A stretch of DNA of 64,000 nucleotides. Source: an uncultured Deinococcaceae bacterium. GTDB lineage: Bacteria > Deinococcota > Deinococci > Deinococcales > Deinococcaceae. The stretch is taken from assembly GCA_964252075.1 (NCBI GenBank), contig CAXULY010000021.1:24310-88309 (forward strand), read 5' to 3'. The translations under genes and the position numbers were made by a program. Numbering within the stretch: the first letter of the stretch is position 1; each line of letters begins with the position of its first letter. Below are positions 38,306-48,086 of this stretch, piece after piece. The notes beneath the pieces were generated by a model that searched no databases, was not told the origin of the DNA, and saw only the letters and a program-made list of their open reading frames with translations.

Positions 38306-41300
38306 ATGACGCAGCGCCGGGTCGAAATCGCCGTAGAGGGCAAGGTCGTCGTGGACGCCGACGTGACCAAGGCCAAAGAGAAGATCAAGGGCCTCAGCGA
38401 CGACGGCCTGATCGGGCAGGGCCCCACGCCCAGCGACCCCAGCAAGGCGCCCAGCAACCCCTTCCAGCAACTCAACGCCAGCTACTTCGGCGCGCAGGCC
38501 GAACGCGCCCTCGCGGGCATCCTCCCCCTGATCGGGCAGGAGCACCGCACGCCGGGCCGCGAGCGCACCCTCGATGAGCGATTGGACCGCGCGCTCTCGA
38601 ACGCGCAGCTCGGGCAGCGTGACGACCTCGTGGAGGTCCTGACGGGCCTCAAGAACGAACTGCAGCAGCAGCGCCTCACGCGCGGCGCGGGCAGCGGCGG
38701 CGGCTTCGGCGGGGGCGGCGCGCGCCCACCCGGCAGCCCCCCACCGCCCGAAAACGAACCGCCCACCCCGCCCAACAACGCCGGGAACTGGCTGAAAAAC
38801 GTTGGCGGCTGGCTGGAGCAGCAGGGCGGACGCAGCCTGCTGGGCGGCCTCTCCGGCACTTTCGGCGGCGCGGTGGGCGGGGCGCTCTTCAGTGGCGCGT
38901 CGCGCCTGCTGGCTGGACCCGCCGGTTGGGCGCTCGGCGGCCTGAGTGCGGCCAACTGGGCGTTTAACGCGGTCAGCAACGCCGTGACGGAAAAGGACGC
39001 GCTGGGGCGGACGGAGATCCTGGGCCAAGCGGATTTGGCCCGTCAGTATGGCATTGACCGCAACATCATGCCGCTCTTCCGCACCAAGAACGGCTGGAGC
39101 AACAACCGCTTCCAGGCGCTCGGTTACACCGCCAGCGAGGCCGAGCACGTGGCGGCCCAATACGACCGGCCCGGCGGGATGTTGGGCGACGTGACCAGCA
39201 TCCTGGGCTTCTCGCGCTCCACCGGGATGAACGAGGGCACGGTGTCGCAGATCGCCCGGCAATTCGGCATCGCGGGCGTCGGTGGCGCCCAGGGCGGGCA
39301 CGCCGACGAGTCGCTGCGCGTCCTGAAGCTCGCCGTGACTGAAGGGCTTAAGGACGGGATTGCGGGCTCGGACAGCGTGGAGGCCATGAAGGGCTACCTG
39401 TCTCGCATCAGCAGCGGCGGCAACAGCGTGAACGGCACCAGTCTCGCGTACTTCGCGCAGATCATGCAGCGCCTGAACGCCGACCCCAACGGCAACCCAG
39501 CGATGCGCGGGCAGGCGGGCGCCAGCCTGGCGAGCGGGTTCATGGCTGGCGTGAACAACCAGTCCGACCCCGGCATGAATTACCTGCTGACCAGCATGTT
39601 GATGAAGGGCGGCAAGCTCCCCAGTGCCCGCGCGCTGGGCCTGACGCTGCCTGCGAGCGACCCGCGCAACGCCGGTGCCAAGCCCGACGAGTACGCCCTC
39701 ACGGACGAGGGCGTGGCGTACGAGTCCATGCGCCAGCAGAGCCCCCTTCAGGCATCGCGTTACCTGCTGGAGCGCGCCAGCACCGGCAAGAACCCCACCC
39801 TGCTGAGCGGCCTCTACAAGGACATTGACGCGGTGGCGGGTGGCAACACCCAGTTGCGCTACATGATGTACAAGCAGCTCAATCCCGGCGCCAGCGACGA
39901 GCAGGTCTACTCGCTGATGGGCGGCAAGGGGCTCAGCGGGGTCATGGCGAACAACCCGCAGTCGCTGCAAGCGCACAAGACCGGCCAGAGCGTGACGTCC
40001 GACGTGCAGGCTGGCAACGTCGTCGCGGCCGACACCCTGAAGTTGCGCGGCGCCGAGGCGGACCGGGCGCTGGTCAAGAGCCTGGCGAGCCTTCAGGTGT
40101 GGGGCAACATGGAGCGGTCCCTGTCCGACATCAAGAACAGCGTGGCCGACCTGCAGGGCGGCTTCGCGCAGTGGTTCGCCAACTACGGCAACCCGCAGGG
40201 TTCGCTGGCGGGCGAGGCGGGCGTCAGCGGCGTGTGGTTCAATGGCGCGCGAGGGGCGCCCGGCCTGCAACCCGGCACGGGCCCCGGCACCGGCGCACCC
40301 GGGACCACCTACACGCCCGCCTTCCAGCCCAGCGCCAGCGCCGCCCAGATGCGGATGCTCTCGGCGGTCGCGCAGAAGGAGACCACCAACGGCAAGGACC
40401 CCGCAATGGACGCGCCCGGCACGTCCATGAGCGGACTCTTCCAGCTCAGCCCCGCGCGCGGTCGGGAGCTGGTGCAGAAGTACCTCGGCGCCGCCCTGAA
40501 GGGGGACAACACCGCCGTGCGCGAGTGGCTGCGCGCCCATCCCAAGGAAACCGACCAGATCAGCGCGCAGGAGTTGATGGACATTGACGGGCGACTGCGC
40601 GCGCAGGGCCAAAAGGACGGCGTGAGCCTCTCGGACGCCCAGTACGCTGGTCTCGCCGGCATGATCTGGCACCGCAACGGCGGCGGGAGCATCGCGCCCG
40701 CGCTGAAAGCCGGCAAGCTGGTGTCCGCCCCCCTGTCGGCCCTCGCGCGCGCCGGTGGTCCGGACGGCGTGAGCGACTACGACTACTTCCTGAATGTGCA
40801 AGGCAATTACACCAACCCCCAACTGCGCCCGGCCGCCCTGCGAGGCGCGAACGGCGCGCTGGGTGGCGGCGTCACCACCACCGCACCCAGCGACCCCACG
40901 GCGCCCGGCGGCCCCGCTTGGAAGTCGTCGCCCGAAGGGGCGCGCATCGCCGCGACGGCCACCACGGCGCTCTCCGCCAGCTGGGCGGAGGAGGCCGCCG
41001 GGTGGTGCTCGCGCTTCGTGAAGCAGATCATGGTGAAGGCCGAAGGGCAGGCCGCCGCCGCGCTGTTCGGCGGCACCTCCAAGGACACTGAGGGCCGCTG
41101 GGGCAAGAAGGGCTGGAGCAAGACCCTCAGCGAGGTGGGCGGGAAGTCCGGCCTGCGCCCCGGCGACGTGGTGTTCGCGGACTGGGTGGACCCCAAGGAC
41201 GGCGTGAACAAGGGCCACGAGGGCGTCCTCGACGCGAACGGCAACGTGGTCGAGAACTCCTACCGCGGGAAGGGCGGCAAGCAGGTCACGCCGCTCGCCC

Positions 41301-41644
41301 GGTGGGGCCAGATCACGCACGTGGGCCGCTGGGGCGGCTTCGACGCCCCCGACGGGGGCGGTACACCACCAAGGCCGCCCGCCCGTCCGCCCAAGCCGCA
41401 GCGGCCCATCCCGCCACCCCCGCACGCCGAGGTGCCCGCGCGCCTGCGCGGCGCCCTCACGGCGGGCATGCAGGGGGGCACCACGCTGCACCTCACGATT
41501 CCGGTGAGCGCGAACGTGCACATCAACGCGCAGCAGCGCGCCGAGATTGAGCGCGAGGCGGGCGGCTTCGCCGTGAAGGTCACACAGATCGTCGCGCAGA
41601 ACCCCGTGAACGTCGCGGGCGTGCGTCAGGCGGCGCAGTCGTGA
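38306..41644 (+). CDS. Tape measure protein with C-terminal NlpC/P60-CHAP-like peptidase domain
   Basis: Gly/Ala-rich 1112 aa after chaperones; GWCSRFV...PGDVVF...GHEG catalytic Cys/His pattern. Confidence 0.8.
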   Translation: MTQRRVEIAVEGKVVVDADVTKAKEKIKGLSDDGLIGQGPTPSDPSKAPSNPFQQLNASYFGAQAERALAGILPLIGQEHRTPGRERTLDERLDRALSNAQLGQRDDLVEVLTGLKNELQQQRLTRGAGSGGGFGGGGARPPGSPPPPENEPPTPPNNAGNWLKNVGGWLEQQGGRSLLGGLSGTFGGAVGGALFSGASRLLAGPAGWALGGLSAANWAFNAVSNAVTEKDALGRTEILGQADLARQYGIDRNIMPLFRTKNGWSNNRFQALGYTASEAEHVAAQYDRPGGMLGDVTSILGFSRSTGMNEGTVSQIARQFGIAGVGGAQGGHADESLRVLKLAVTEGLKDGIAGSDSVEAMKGYLSRISSGGNSVNGTSLAYFAQIMQRLNADPNGNPAMRGQAGASLASGFMAGVNNQSDPGMNYLLTSMLMKGGKLPSARALGLTLPASDPRNAGAKPDEYALTDEGVAYESMRQQSPLQASRYLLERASTGKNPTLLSGLYKDIDAVAGGNTQLRYMMYKQLNPGASDEQVYSLMGGKGLSGVMANNPQSLQAHKTGQSVTSDVQAGNVVAADTLKLRGAEADRALVKSLASLQVWGNMERSLSDIKNSVADLQGGFAQWFANYGNPQGSLAGEAGVSGVWFNGARGAPGLQPGTGPGTGAPGTTYTPAFQPSASAAQMRMLSAVAQKETTNGKDPAMDAPGTSMSGLFQLSPARGRELVQKYLGAALKGDNTAVREWLRAHPKETDQISAQELMDIDGRLRAQGQKDGVSLSDAQYAGLAGMIWHRNGGGSIAPALKAGKLVSAPLSALARAGGPDGVSDYDYFLNVQGNYTNPQLRPAALRGANGALGGGVTTTAPSDPTAPGGPAWKSSPEGARIAATATTALSASWAEEAAGWCSRFVKQIMVKAEGQAAAALFGGTSKDTEGRWGKKGWSKTLSEVGGKSGLRPGDVVFADWVDPKDGVNKGHEGVLDANGNVVENSYRGKGGKQVTPLARWGQITHVGRWGGFDAPDGGGTPPRPPARPPKPQRPIPPPPHAEVPARLRGALTAGMQGGTTLHLTIPVSANVHINAQQRAEIEREAGGFAVKVTQIVAQNPVNVAGVRQAAQS

Positions 41645-43086
41645 CGGCCATCCACCACAGCCACGTGTGGGCGGAGCTGCTGCACACCGCCGGACGGGCG
41701 GGCGACGTGCACCCGGCGGACTTCCAGGTACTGGCGTGGTCCGACACGGCCGCGCTGGGCGCCACGCCGACCTTCAGCCTCACGATTCCCGGGCGGACTG
41801 CCGTGGCGGGCGGCGCGCGCGTCCCGTGGAGTGAACTGATCGCGCAGGGGGACGTGCTGCGCGTCGCCGCGCACAGCACCGCGCACGCGGACGCCACGCC
41901 GCGCGTCGTGAGTGACGGCCTGGTGGTGGACGTGCTGCCGAGCGAGGTGCGCACCAAGGACGGGTACCAGTACACCACCACGTACCAGTGCGAGGGCTTC
42001 CAGCACGTGCTGATGAACGATCAGGTGGCGTGGTGGATGTTCTACGGCAGCGCCGAGGGGTGGGCGCGGGCGCGCGGGGAGCTGCTGCCCGACGACCTCA
42101 GCGGGCGGCTCGACAAGGTGATCGCGAATTACCTCTCGCGCATCGCGTTCAACAAGAGCGCGTGGCAGCGCGGCGGGCTGAGCCTCGGCGCGCGCGTCGG
42201 GTACCACCTGCGGACCCTTACGCCGCTCGTGCCGCCCCAGATCAACATCAGCGTCGCGGAAGGCACGCACTGGAGCATCATGCAGTCCTCGCTGGACGAC
42301 CTGCACGAGTTCTACACGTGCGTGCAGCCCGCGGACTTCAACCCGCAGGGCGGGTACGCGCACCGCCCGAACGTCCGCGAGCCCGTCATCCTGTCCAGCG
42401 CGCCGGACCTCACGCACGACGACGGCCGCACGTGGGTGATGGTCCGCCCGCGCCCCTTCCCGTTCGCCGAGGTGGGCGGCGCGGGGAACCTCGGGGAGTG
42501 GGCGCGCGTCCCGCTGCACGACTTCACGGACGTGATGGAGCCCATCGAGGGCGCCGCCCTCGCGAGCAGCCTGCGCGACGTCCGCAACTTCTTCCTGATG
42601 GTGCCCACCGTGCAGCTGCTGAACAGCGAGGTGGCGTTCACGGCGGGCGTCGCGGTGCAGAACCGCGACGCCATCGGGCGGTACAGTTACCGCCCGTACA
42701 AGACCAGCACGAACCTGCTGATCGACGACACGCACCGCGCGGATTTCGTGGACCTCGCGCGGCAGTTCAGCTGGCGCCTCGCCGGGCAGTGGAACCGCAT
42801 GGACGAGATGGGCAGCACCACTCTCACGCTGCCCCTCGCGCCGCACATCCAGGTGGGCGACCGCGTGCGGTTCCGCGCGCCGCTCGGCGACGAGACGCAG
42901 GTGGTGGAAGGGTACGTGCAGGGCCGCACGCACAGCTGGAACAGCGAGCAGGGCGGCACCACCAGCGTCAGCGTGACGCGCGCGCTGCCGGTGGGCGCGT
43001 ACCGCGACCCCAGCTGGTTCGCGAAGGGCCTCAGCGCGGTCGAGGTGAACATCCGCGCAACCGCGCCACAACACCGTCCAGGCTGA
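41641..43086 (+). CDS. Baseplate hub/tail protein
   Basis: Follows TMP; C-terminal PHIQVGDRVRF...THSW motif. Confidence 0.65.
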   Translation: MTAIHHSHVWAELLHTAGRAGDVHPADFQVLAWSDTAALGATPTFSLTIPGRTAVAGGARVPWSELIAQGDVLRVAAHSTAHADATPRVVSDGLVVDVLPSEVRTKDGYQYTTTYQCEGFQHVLMNDQVAWWMFYGSAEGWARARGELLPDDLSGRLDKVIANYLSRIAFNKSAWQRGGLSLGARVGYHLRTLTPLVPPQINISVAEGTHWSIMQSSLDDLHEFYTCVQPADFNPQGGYAHRPNVREPVILSSAPDLTHDDGRTWVMVRPRPFPFAEVGGAGNLGEWARVPLHDFTDVMEPIEGAALASSLRDVRNFFLMVPTVQLLNSEVAFTAGVAVQNRDAIGRYSYRPYKTSTNLLIDDTHRADFVDLARQFSWRLAGQWNRMDEMGSTTLTLPLAPHIQVGDRVRFRAPLGDETQVVEGYVQGRTHSWNSEQGGTTSVSVTRALPVGAYRDPSWFAKGLSAVEVNIRATAPQHRPG

Positions 43087-43115
43087 CCCCCCGCGCGCCT
43101 CACCATCCTGAGGGC

Positions 43116-44507
43116 ATGAAGCACGATTACGCCGCGCTCCTCGCGCTGTTCGGCCCCATCATCACGGAGCGGAAGCTGGGCCGCTACGAGGTGCGGCGCC
43201 TCATCCCGGAGCTGAGCGAGAAAGGCGCTCGGCGCCTGCTGGAGATGCTGCGGGGTGAGCGCCCCGTGCCGCCCGCCCCGCGCGCCCTCACGGTGTCGTG
43301 CGCGCCCGCGCCGGACCAGCAGGTGCAGGACACCGAGCAGGACGGCGAGCGCACCGTCACCGCGAAGGGCGGGCGCATCAAGACCATCGAGGACCTGATC
43401 GCCGCCGCGAACGTTGACCTCACCCTGTGGGAGGTCACGTGGGCTGAGGTGAACAAATACGAGATGGGCCGCAAGGCGCAGCGCAGCCGCCTGGACTACA
43501 CGGATGGCAAGGCGAACGGTAAGGTGCGCGATTCGGGCGGCGTGCACGTCGAGGAGCTGTACCAGGTCAAGGTGAAGCTCAAGCCGCGCCGCGACGTGGT
43601 GGACCTGCTGGCGCTGAAGGAATCGGCGCTTGCGGAGGTGCGCGCCGCCGCCGCCACGCTGCCCCGCGCGCCCCGCCCGCAGGTCGCGCGTCCCCGCACG
43701 GGGAACCTGCTGTACCTCGGCATGCACGACCTGCACCCCGGCAAGATGGTCGCGCCGGAGGAAACCGGGCACGTGTGGAACCCCGAGCTGGCGCGCGAGG
43801 TGGCGCTCAAGGCCCTCACGCGCGCGCTGGAGAAGGCGAGCGCGCACGGCTTCGACCGCATCGTGCTGCCCATCGGGCACGACCTCAGCCACGTGGACGG
43901 CAACAACAACGCCACGACCGGCGGCACCGCGCAGGACGTGAGCCGCCGCTACCACGTGCAGCGCCGCCTGGACCTCGCGCTCGCCGGGGCGCTCATCGAG
44001 CGCGCCGCGGAGTTTGCGCCCGTCGAAGCGGAGGCCGTGCCGGGCAACCACGGGCGCAGCACGGACCTCGCCATCGCGGAGATGCTGCGCGAGCGCTACC
44101 ACGCCGACCCGCGCGTGCAGGTCCGCGTGAGCCTCGCGCCGCGCGTGTACCTGAGCCACGGCGTGAACCTGCTGGGCTTCACGCACGGCGACCGCATCAA
44201 GGCGCAGGCGTTGATGAGCCTCATGGCGCGCGAAGCGAAGCAGGAGTGGGCCGCGAGCGAGCACCAGGAGTGGTTGATCGGGCACACGCACGCCATGAGC
44301 GCGCTGACCGAGAAGTACCTCGTGGAGCAGACCGGGCAGGAGCACGTGGGCGTGCGCGTTCGAGTCTTACCGAGTCTGACCGCCACCGACTACTGGCACG
44401 CCGCGTGCGGGTACGTGGCGAGCGGGCGCGCGCTGGAGGCGTACCTGTACCACGAGGCGCACGGGTACGAGGGGCACGTGAACGTCCCGCTGCGCGAGGT
44501 GCTGTGA
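43116..44507 (+). CDS. Calcineurin-like metallophosphoesterase
   Basis: DLH, GHD..H.D, GNH, HGD and GHTH motifs; late motif upstream. Confidence 0.85.
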   Translation: MKHDYAALLALFGPIITERKLGRYEVRRLIPELSEKGARRLLEMLRGERPVPPAPRALTVSCAPAPDQQVQDTEQDGERTVTAKGGRIKTIEDLIAAANVDLTLWEVTWAEVNKYEMGRKAQRSRLDYTDGKANGKVRDSGGVHVEELYQVKVKLKPRRDVVDLLALKESALAEVRAAAATLPRAPRPQVARPRTGNLLYLGMHDLHPGKMVAPEETGHVWNPELAREVALKALTRALEKASAHGFDRIVLPIGHDLSHVDGNNNATTGGTAQDVSRRYHVQRRLDLALAGALIERAAEFAPVEAEAVPGNHGRSTDLAIAEMLRERYHADPRVQVRVSLAPRVYLSHGVNLLGFTHGDRIKAQALMSLMAREAKQEWAASEHQEWLIGHTHAMSALTEKYLVEQTGQEHVGVRVRVLPSLTATDYWHAACGYVASGRALEAYLYHEAHGYEGHVNVPLREVL

Positions 44508-45676
44508 CGCGCTTCCCGCCCATCGCACTCGCGCAGGTTGAAGCAGCTCACCCCGAAGATTTTGAATTGGATATTATTTTCCCGAATTACAGCAATTTGC
44601 AGGGCATCCGCGTGCCCATCGCGGCGCCGGGCGGGGGCGCGTCGCGCGGCGATTACGACCTCCCGCGGCGCGGCGACTGGGGCGTCGTGGTGTTCTACCT
44701 CGACACGCCCCGCACCGCTGTGTGGCTCGTGAGCCTGCCAGATGCGCTGTTCAACACCAAGCCCAAGGAGGTCTTCAAGCGCGACCCGCGCGCGCGCGTG
44801 CGGTACGACCTGCCGGGCACGCAGGAGATCCATTACAGCAACGGCGACCACGAGCAGCTGTACCCGGACGGCACGCTGCTGCGCGTGACGGCCAGCAAGG
44901 ACGGCAGCACGGGCAACACGGGCGGGCGCGTGACGCGCACGCCGTGGGTGGTGGGCCAGGAGAGCCCAGCGGACAGCCGACAGGAGGCGCGCCGCACCTT
45001 CCAACCCAGTTCAGCGCCCGTGGACGTCATGCTGGACCACAGCAGCGGCGCGCAGGGCGTGCTCACGGCGGACGGCAGCTGGCGCCTCACGACCGCGAAG
45101 GGGCACCAGATCATCGCGCACGACGCGACCGAGCGGGACCGCGACCCCAAGACCGGCCAGATCACCGCGCGCCCCGAGGAGGACGAAGGCAAACGCACCG
45201 CGTCGCGCATCGAGCTCAAGACCGAAATCGGGCATCAGGTCATCCTCAAGGACGACCCGCAAATGCAGCTGGACCGCAAGATTCTGGTGCGCAGCAGCAT
45301 CGGGCACACGTTCGAGCTGCACGACAAGCCGGACACCGACCAGTTCATCCGCGCGCAGACGGCGGGCGGGCACCTGCTGGAGCTGCGCGACAAGCCCGAC
45401 GAGGCGTCGCACATCCTGGCGCAGACCGCGGGCGGCCTCACGCTCATCCTGGATGACGCGACCGACAGCATCAGCATCATCCGGCACGGCACCAAGATCC
45501 TGCTCAAGCCGGACGGCAGCATCGAGGTGGACGCCACGACCGTCACGGTGAACGCCACGCACGTGAACCTCGGCGGGCCGGGCGGGAAGGGCGTCGCGCG
45601 CATCGGGGACGCCGTGCAGGCAGGGCCGTACACCGGCACGATCACCGCGGGCAGCACCACCGTCACGAGCGTCTGA
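44504..45676 (+). CDS. Baseplate central spike (gpV/gp5-like)
   Basis: OB-like N-terminus (LPRRGDWGVV), repeated (S/T)xxGHxxxLxD beta-helix units, VARIGD C-terminus. Confidence 0.75.
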   Translation: MTRFPPIALAQVEAAHPEDFELDIIFPNYSNLQGIRVPIAAPGGGASRGDYDLPRRGDWGVVVFYLDTPRTAVWLVSLPDALFNTKPKEVFKRDPRARVRYDLPGTQEIHYSNGDHEQLYPDGTLLRVTASKDGSTGNTGGRVTRTPWVVGQESPADSRQEARRTFQPSSAPVDVMLDHSSGAQGVLTADGSWRLTTAKGHQIIAHDATERDRDPKTGQITARPEEDEGKRTASRIELKTEIGHQVILKDDPQMQLDRKILVRSSIGHTFELHDKPDTDQFIRAQTAGGHLLELRDKPDEASHILAQTAGGLTLILDDATDSISIIRHGTKILLKPDGSIEVDATTVTVNATHVNLGGPGGKGVARIGDAVQAGPYTGTITAGSTTVTSV

Positions 45677-45705
45677 CCCCCCACGCACGCCCGCACACTC
45701 CCCCC

Positions 45706-46362
45706 ATGAGCCGCCCGAGCGACGAGACCCTCCGATTGCGCCGCAGCAGCGTGTATGTGCTGCGCCTCCTCGCGCCGAACGGTCGCCCCGCGAACCCCGG
45801 CCTGCCCGGCGTCACGAACGGCGAGTTCCGCTTCGAGTACGCCCCGCAGCGCGTGGAGTACCAGGACGGCCTGCGCGCGCAGGTGGTGCCGCAGGGCGCG
45901 ACGGGCGCCCTCGCGGACGTGCAGGGCATCAGCCCGCCCGCCATCACGGTCAACTTCACGTTCGGGGAGGCGGGGCGCCTCCCGACGGGCGGCCTGGACG
46001 GGCGCGAACTGCACGCCGCCATCGAGGGCGTCGTGCGCTGGTACGTCACGCGCGTCGCCGCGGAAGGCCGCGCGCGCCAGGCGCTGCACACACTCGAGTG
46101 GCACGACCCGTACAAGGCGCAGCACTGGGTGGTCATCCCGATGAACACGCCGTACGGCGCGCGCGACGCGACCGGCCCGTACAAGGAGAGCGCGACCCTG
46201 AAGCTTCAGGCACTCACGCGCGCCGATCAGGGCGCACCCGCGGCGCCCCTCATCCGCTTCGCGCTCGCGAACCCCGTGAGCGCCTGCCCGTACGCCCCGA
46301 ACTGCGGGCAGGGCGGACCGCGCTGCGCGGGGTGTCTGCTGACCGGCACGGAGCTCGCGTGA
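45706..46362 (+). CDS. Baseplate/tail-associated protein
   Basis: Late motif, synteny. Confidence 0.5.
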   Translation: MSRPSDETLRLRRSSVYVLRLLAPNGRPANPGLPGVTNGEFRFEYAPQRVEYQDGLRAQVVPQGATGALADVQGISPPAITVNFTFGEAGRLPTGGLDGRELHAAIEGVVRWYVTRVAAEGRARQALHTLEWHDPYKAQHWVVIPMNTPYGARDATGPYKESATLKLQALTRADQGAPAAPLIRFALANPVSACPYAPNCGQGGPRCAGCLLTGTELA

Positions 46363-47042
46363 CCGTCGCGCAGGATGTGCTCGCGAGCGCGGACCCCCTG
46401 GCCGCGCAGGCGACGGCCGCGCACAGCGCCGCCACGGAGGACCTCGGCGCGGACGAGGCGCGCACCGCCGCGCGCGCTCTGCTGGGCGCGGCGCGCGCCG
46501 CCAGCAACGCGACCGCGCAGAAAGTCGCGCAGGACGTGATCGGCACCCTCGCGGACGCCGCGGGCGCCCTGGCGGGCGGCAACCAGGCGCAACTCGCGCA
46601 GGCCGCGCAGACCCTGGCGGGCGTGCAGGCGAGCGTGCAGGCCGTGCAGGCGAACCTCCAGGCGGGCGTGACGCTCGTGGACGCCGCGCAGCGCCTCGCG
46701 CTGAACCCGCAGGGCGCCCTCACGACGGACGCCACGACCCTGGCGAGCGTCCTGCGCGTCGCGGGCGAGTACGCGCAGCGCAGCAAAGCGCCGGGCCTCG
46801 CGCGCGCCGTGACGCTCCTGACGAGCCTCGCGAAGCACGCCAGTGACCTCGCGGCGAGGAAGGCGAACCAGCAGCCGCCCGCGCCTCTCACGCCGCTGGA
46901 GTTCACGCTGGGCGTCAGCGTCCCGTTCGCGCTCGACGCGCTGAGCGGCGACCCCAGCCAGAAGTACGTCACAGCGGGCCTCATGGGCGCGTCGAAGACC
47001 CTCACGGCCCTCGCGGAGGCGCGCGCCGGGGGTACGCCGTGA
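46359..47042 (+). CDS. Ala-rich virion protein
   Basis: GTGA coupling on both sides. Confidence 0.55.
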   Translation: MTVAQDVLASADPLAAQATAAHSAATEDLGADEARTAARALLGAARAASNATAQKVAQDVIGTLADAAGALAGGNQAQLAQAAQTLAGVQASVQAVQANLQAGVTLVDAAQRLALNPQGALTTDATTLASVLRVAGEYAQRSKAPGLARAVTLLTSLAKHASDLAARKANQQPPAPLTPLEFTLGVSVPFALDALSGDPSQKYVTAGLMGASKTLTALAEARAGGTP

Positions 47043-47644
47043 CGGTCGCGCGCGGCGCCGTCCTGGCGGGCGAGAACATCGTGACGCTCGCCGCGCGCCT
47101 CACCGGGGACGCGCGCAGGTGGCAGGAACTCGTGACGCTCAACGGCCTCACCCCGCCGTACGTGTCCGACGCGGGCGGGCCGGGCGTCCTCGCGCCGGGC
47201 GACGCGGTGCTGTACCCGACCTCCAGCGAACCCGCGCCCACCGTGGACGCGGCGCTGCTGGAGGTCCGCACGTACTTCCGGGACCTCGCGGTGGAGGGCG
47301 GCGACCTTCAGTTCAACGCCGCGGGCGGCCTCGTCACGGTGAGCGGCCTGGAGAACCTGCAGGCCGCGCTCGGGCGGCGCCTGCGCACGCTCATCGGGCG
47401 CCACCCGTTCCACCCAGGCTTCGGGAACCGCGCGGTGCTGGCGCTCGGTGAGGTGGCGGACGAGGGCGCGCTGGCGCTGCTGGCGAGCGACACGCGCGCC
47501 GCCATCACGCGCGACCCGCGCGTGCAGGACTGCGCGGTGGCGCTGGAGTGGGCGAGCACGCACGTGCTGCGCGCCCACCTCACGGTCACGCCCGTCCCGC
47601 CCGGGACGGTCTTCACCCTCTCGGAACTGCTGGACGTGCGGTGA
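47039..47644 (+). CDS. LysM-like + gp25/gpW-like baseplate wedge protein
   Basis: GENIVTLAARLTGDARRWQELVTLNGL; GLENLQAAL..RL.T...HPGFG...DPRV. Confidence 0.8.
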   Translation: MTVARGAVLAGENIVTLAARLTGDARRWQELVTLNGLTPPYVSDAGGPGVLAPGDAVLYPTSSEPAPTVDAALLEVRTYFRDLAVEGGDLQFNAAGGLVTVSGLENLQAALGRRLRTLIGRHPFHPGFGNRAVLALGEVADEGALALLASDTRAAITRDPRVQDCAVALEWASTHVLRAHLTVTPVPPGTVFTLSELLDVR

Positions 47645-47800
47645 TTACAGGCATCCGCCGCACGGCTCCGGCGCGAGCAGCGGCGAGAAGCACCCGCCGC
47701 AGGGTTCCGGCGCGAGCGTGAGCGCGAGGAGCGTCACGAGGGCCGCGAGGGCGAGCGCGAGGGTCTTGAGGGGCGGGACTGCGGTGCGGGTGGTCGTCAT
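47645..47800 (-). CDS. 51-aa secreted peptide precursor with duplicated LAPEPCGGC
   Basis: Hand translation MTTTRTAVPPLKTLALALAALVTLLALTLAPEPCGGCFSPLLAPEPCGGCL; leaderless TAGCGT-N6-ATG. Confidence 0.7.
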   Translation of the reverse strand: MTTTRTAVPPLKTLALALAALVTLLALTLAPEPCGGCFSPLLAPEPCGGCL

Positions 47801-47882
47801 GCCCGCACGCTAGCAGCGCCACGCGCGGGCATGGCCGGATTTCCACTTTTTCGCAGCGACCAACCGTGAATTCTTCAATCGG

Positions 47883-47987
47883 TCAGCAGGTGCCGCACAC
47901 GACCGGCACGTCCCGCAGTGCGAGCGCGAGGGCGGTGAGGGCGAGCAGGAGGGCCAGGGGCAGGCGGACGCGCAGGAAGGTCATCAC
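47883..47987 (-). CDS. 34-aa secreted peptide precursor ending in CGTC
   Basis: Hand translation (M)MTFLRVRLPLALLLALTALALALRDVPVVCGTC; CAGCAT-N6-GTG start. Confidence 0.65.
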   Translation of the reverse strand: MMTFLRVRLPLALLLALTALALALRDVPVVCGTC

Positions 47988-48086
47988 GCCCCGATGCTGG
48001 CACGCCGCGGCGCGGGGGGTGCGTGGTTTCGGTCTTGCGCACAGGCGAAATCATGGCCCCCCGCCTCCGACCGCACCCTTGAGCGC

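Noticed and set aside
41988..43115. Long N-terminal extensions of track ORFs (41988, 43775, 57334, 58986, 33007, 21090, 52737)
   Set aside because: They overlap genuine upstream genes; real starts are marked by promoter motif, SD or stop-start overlap
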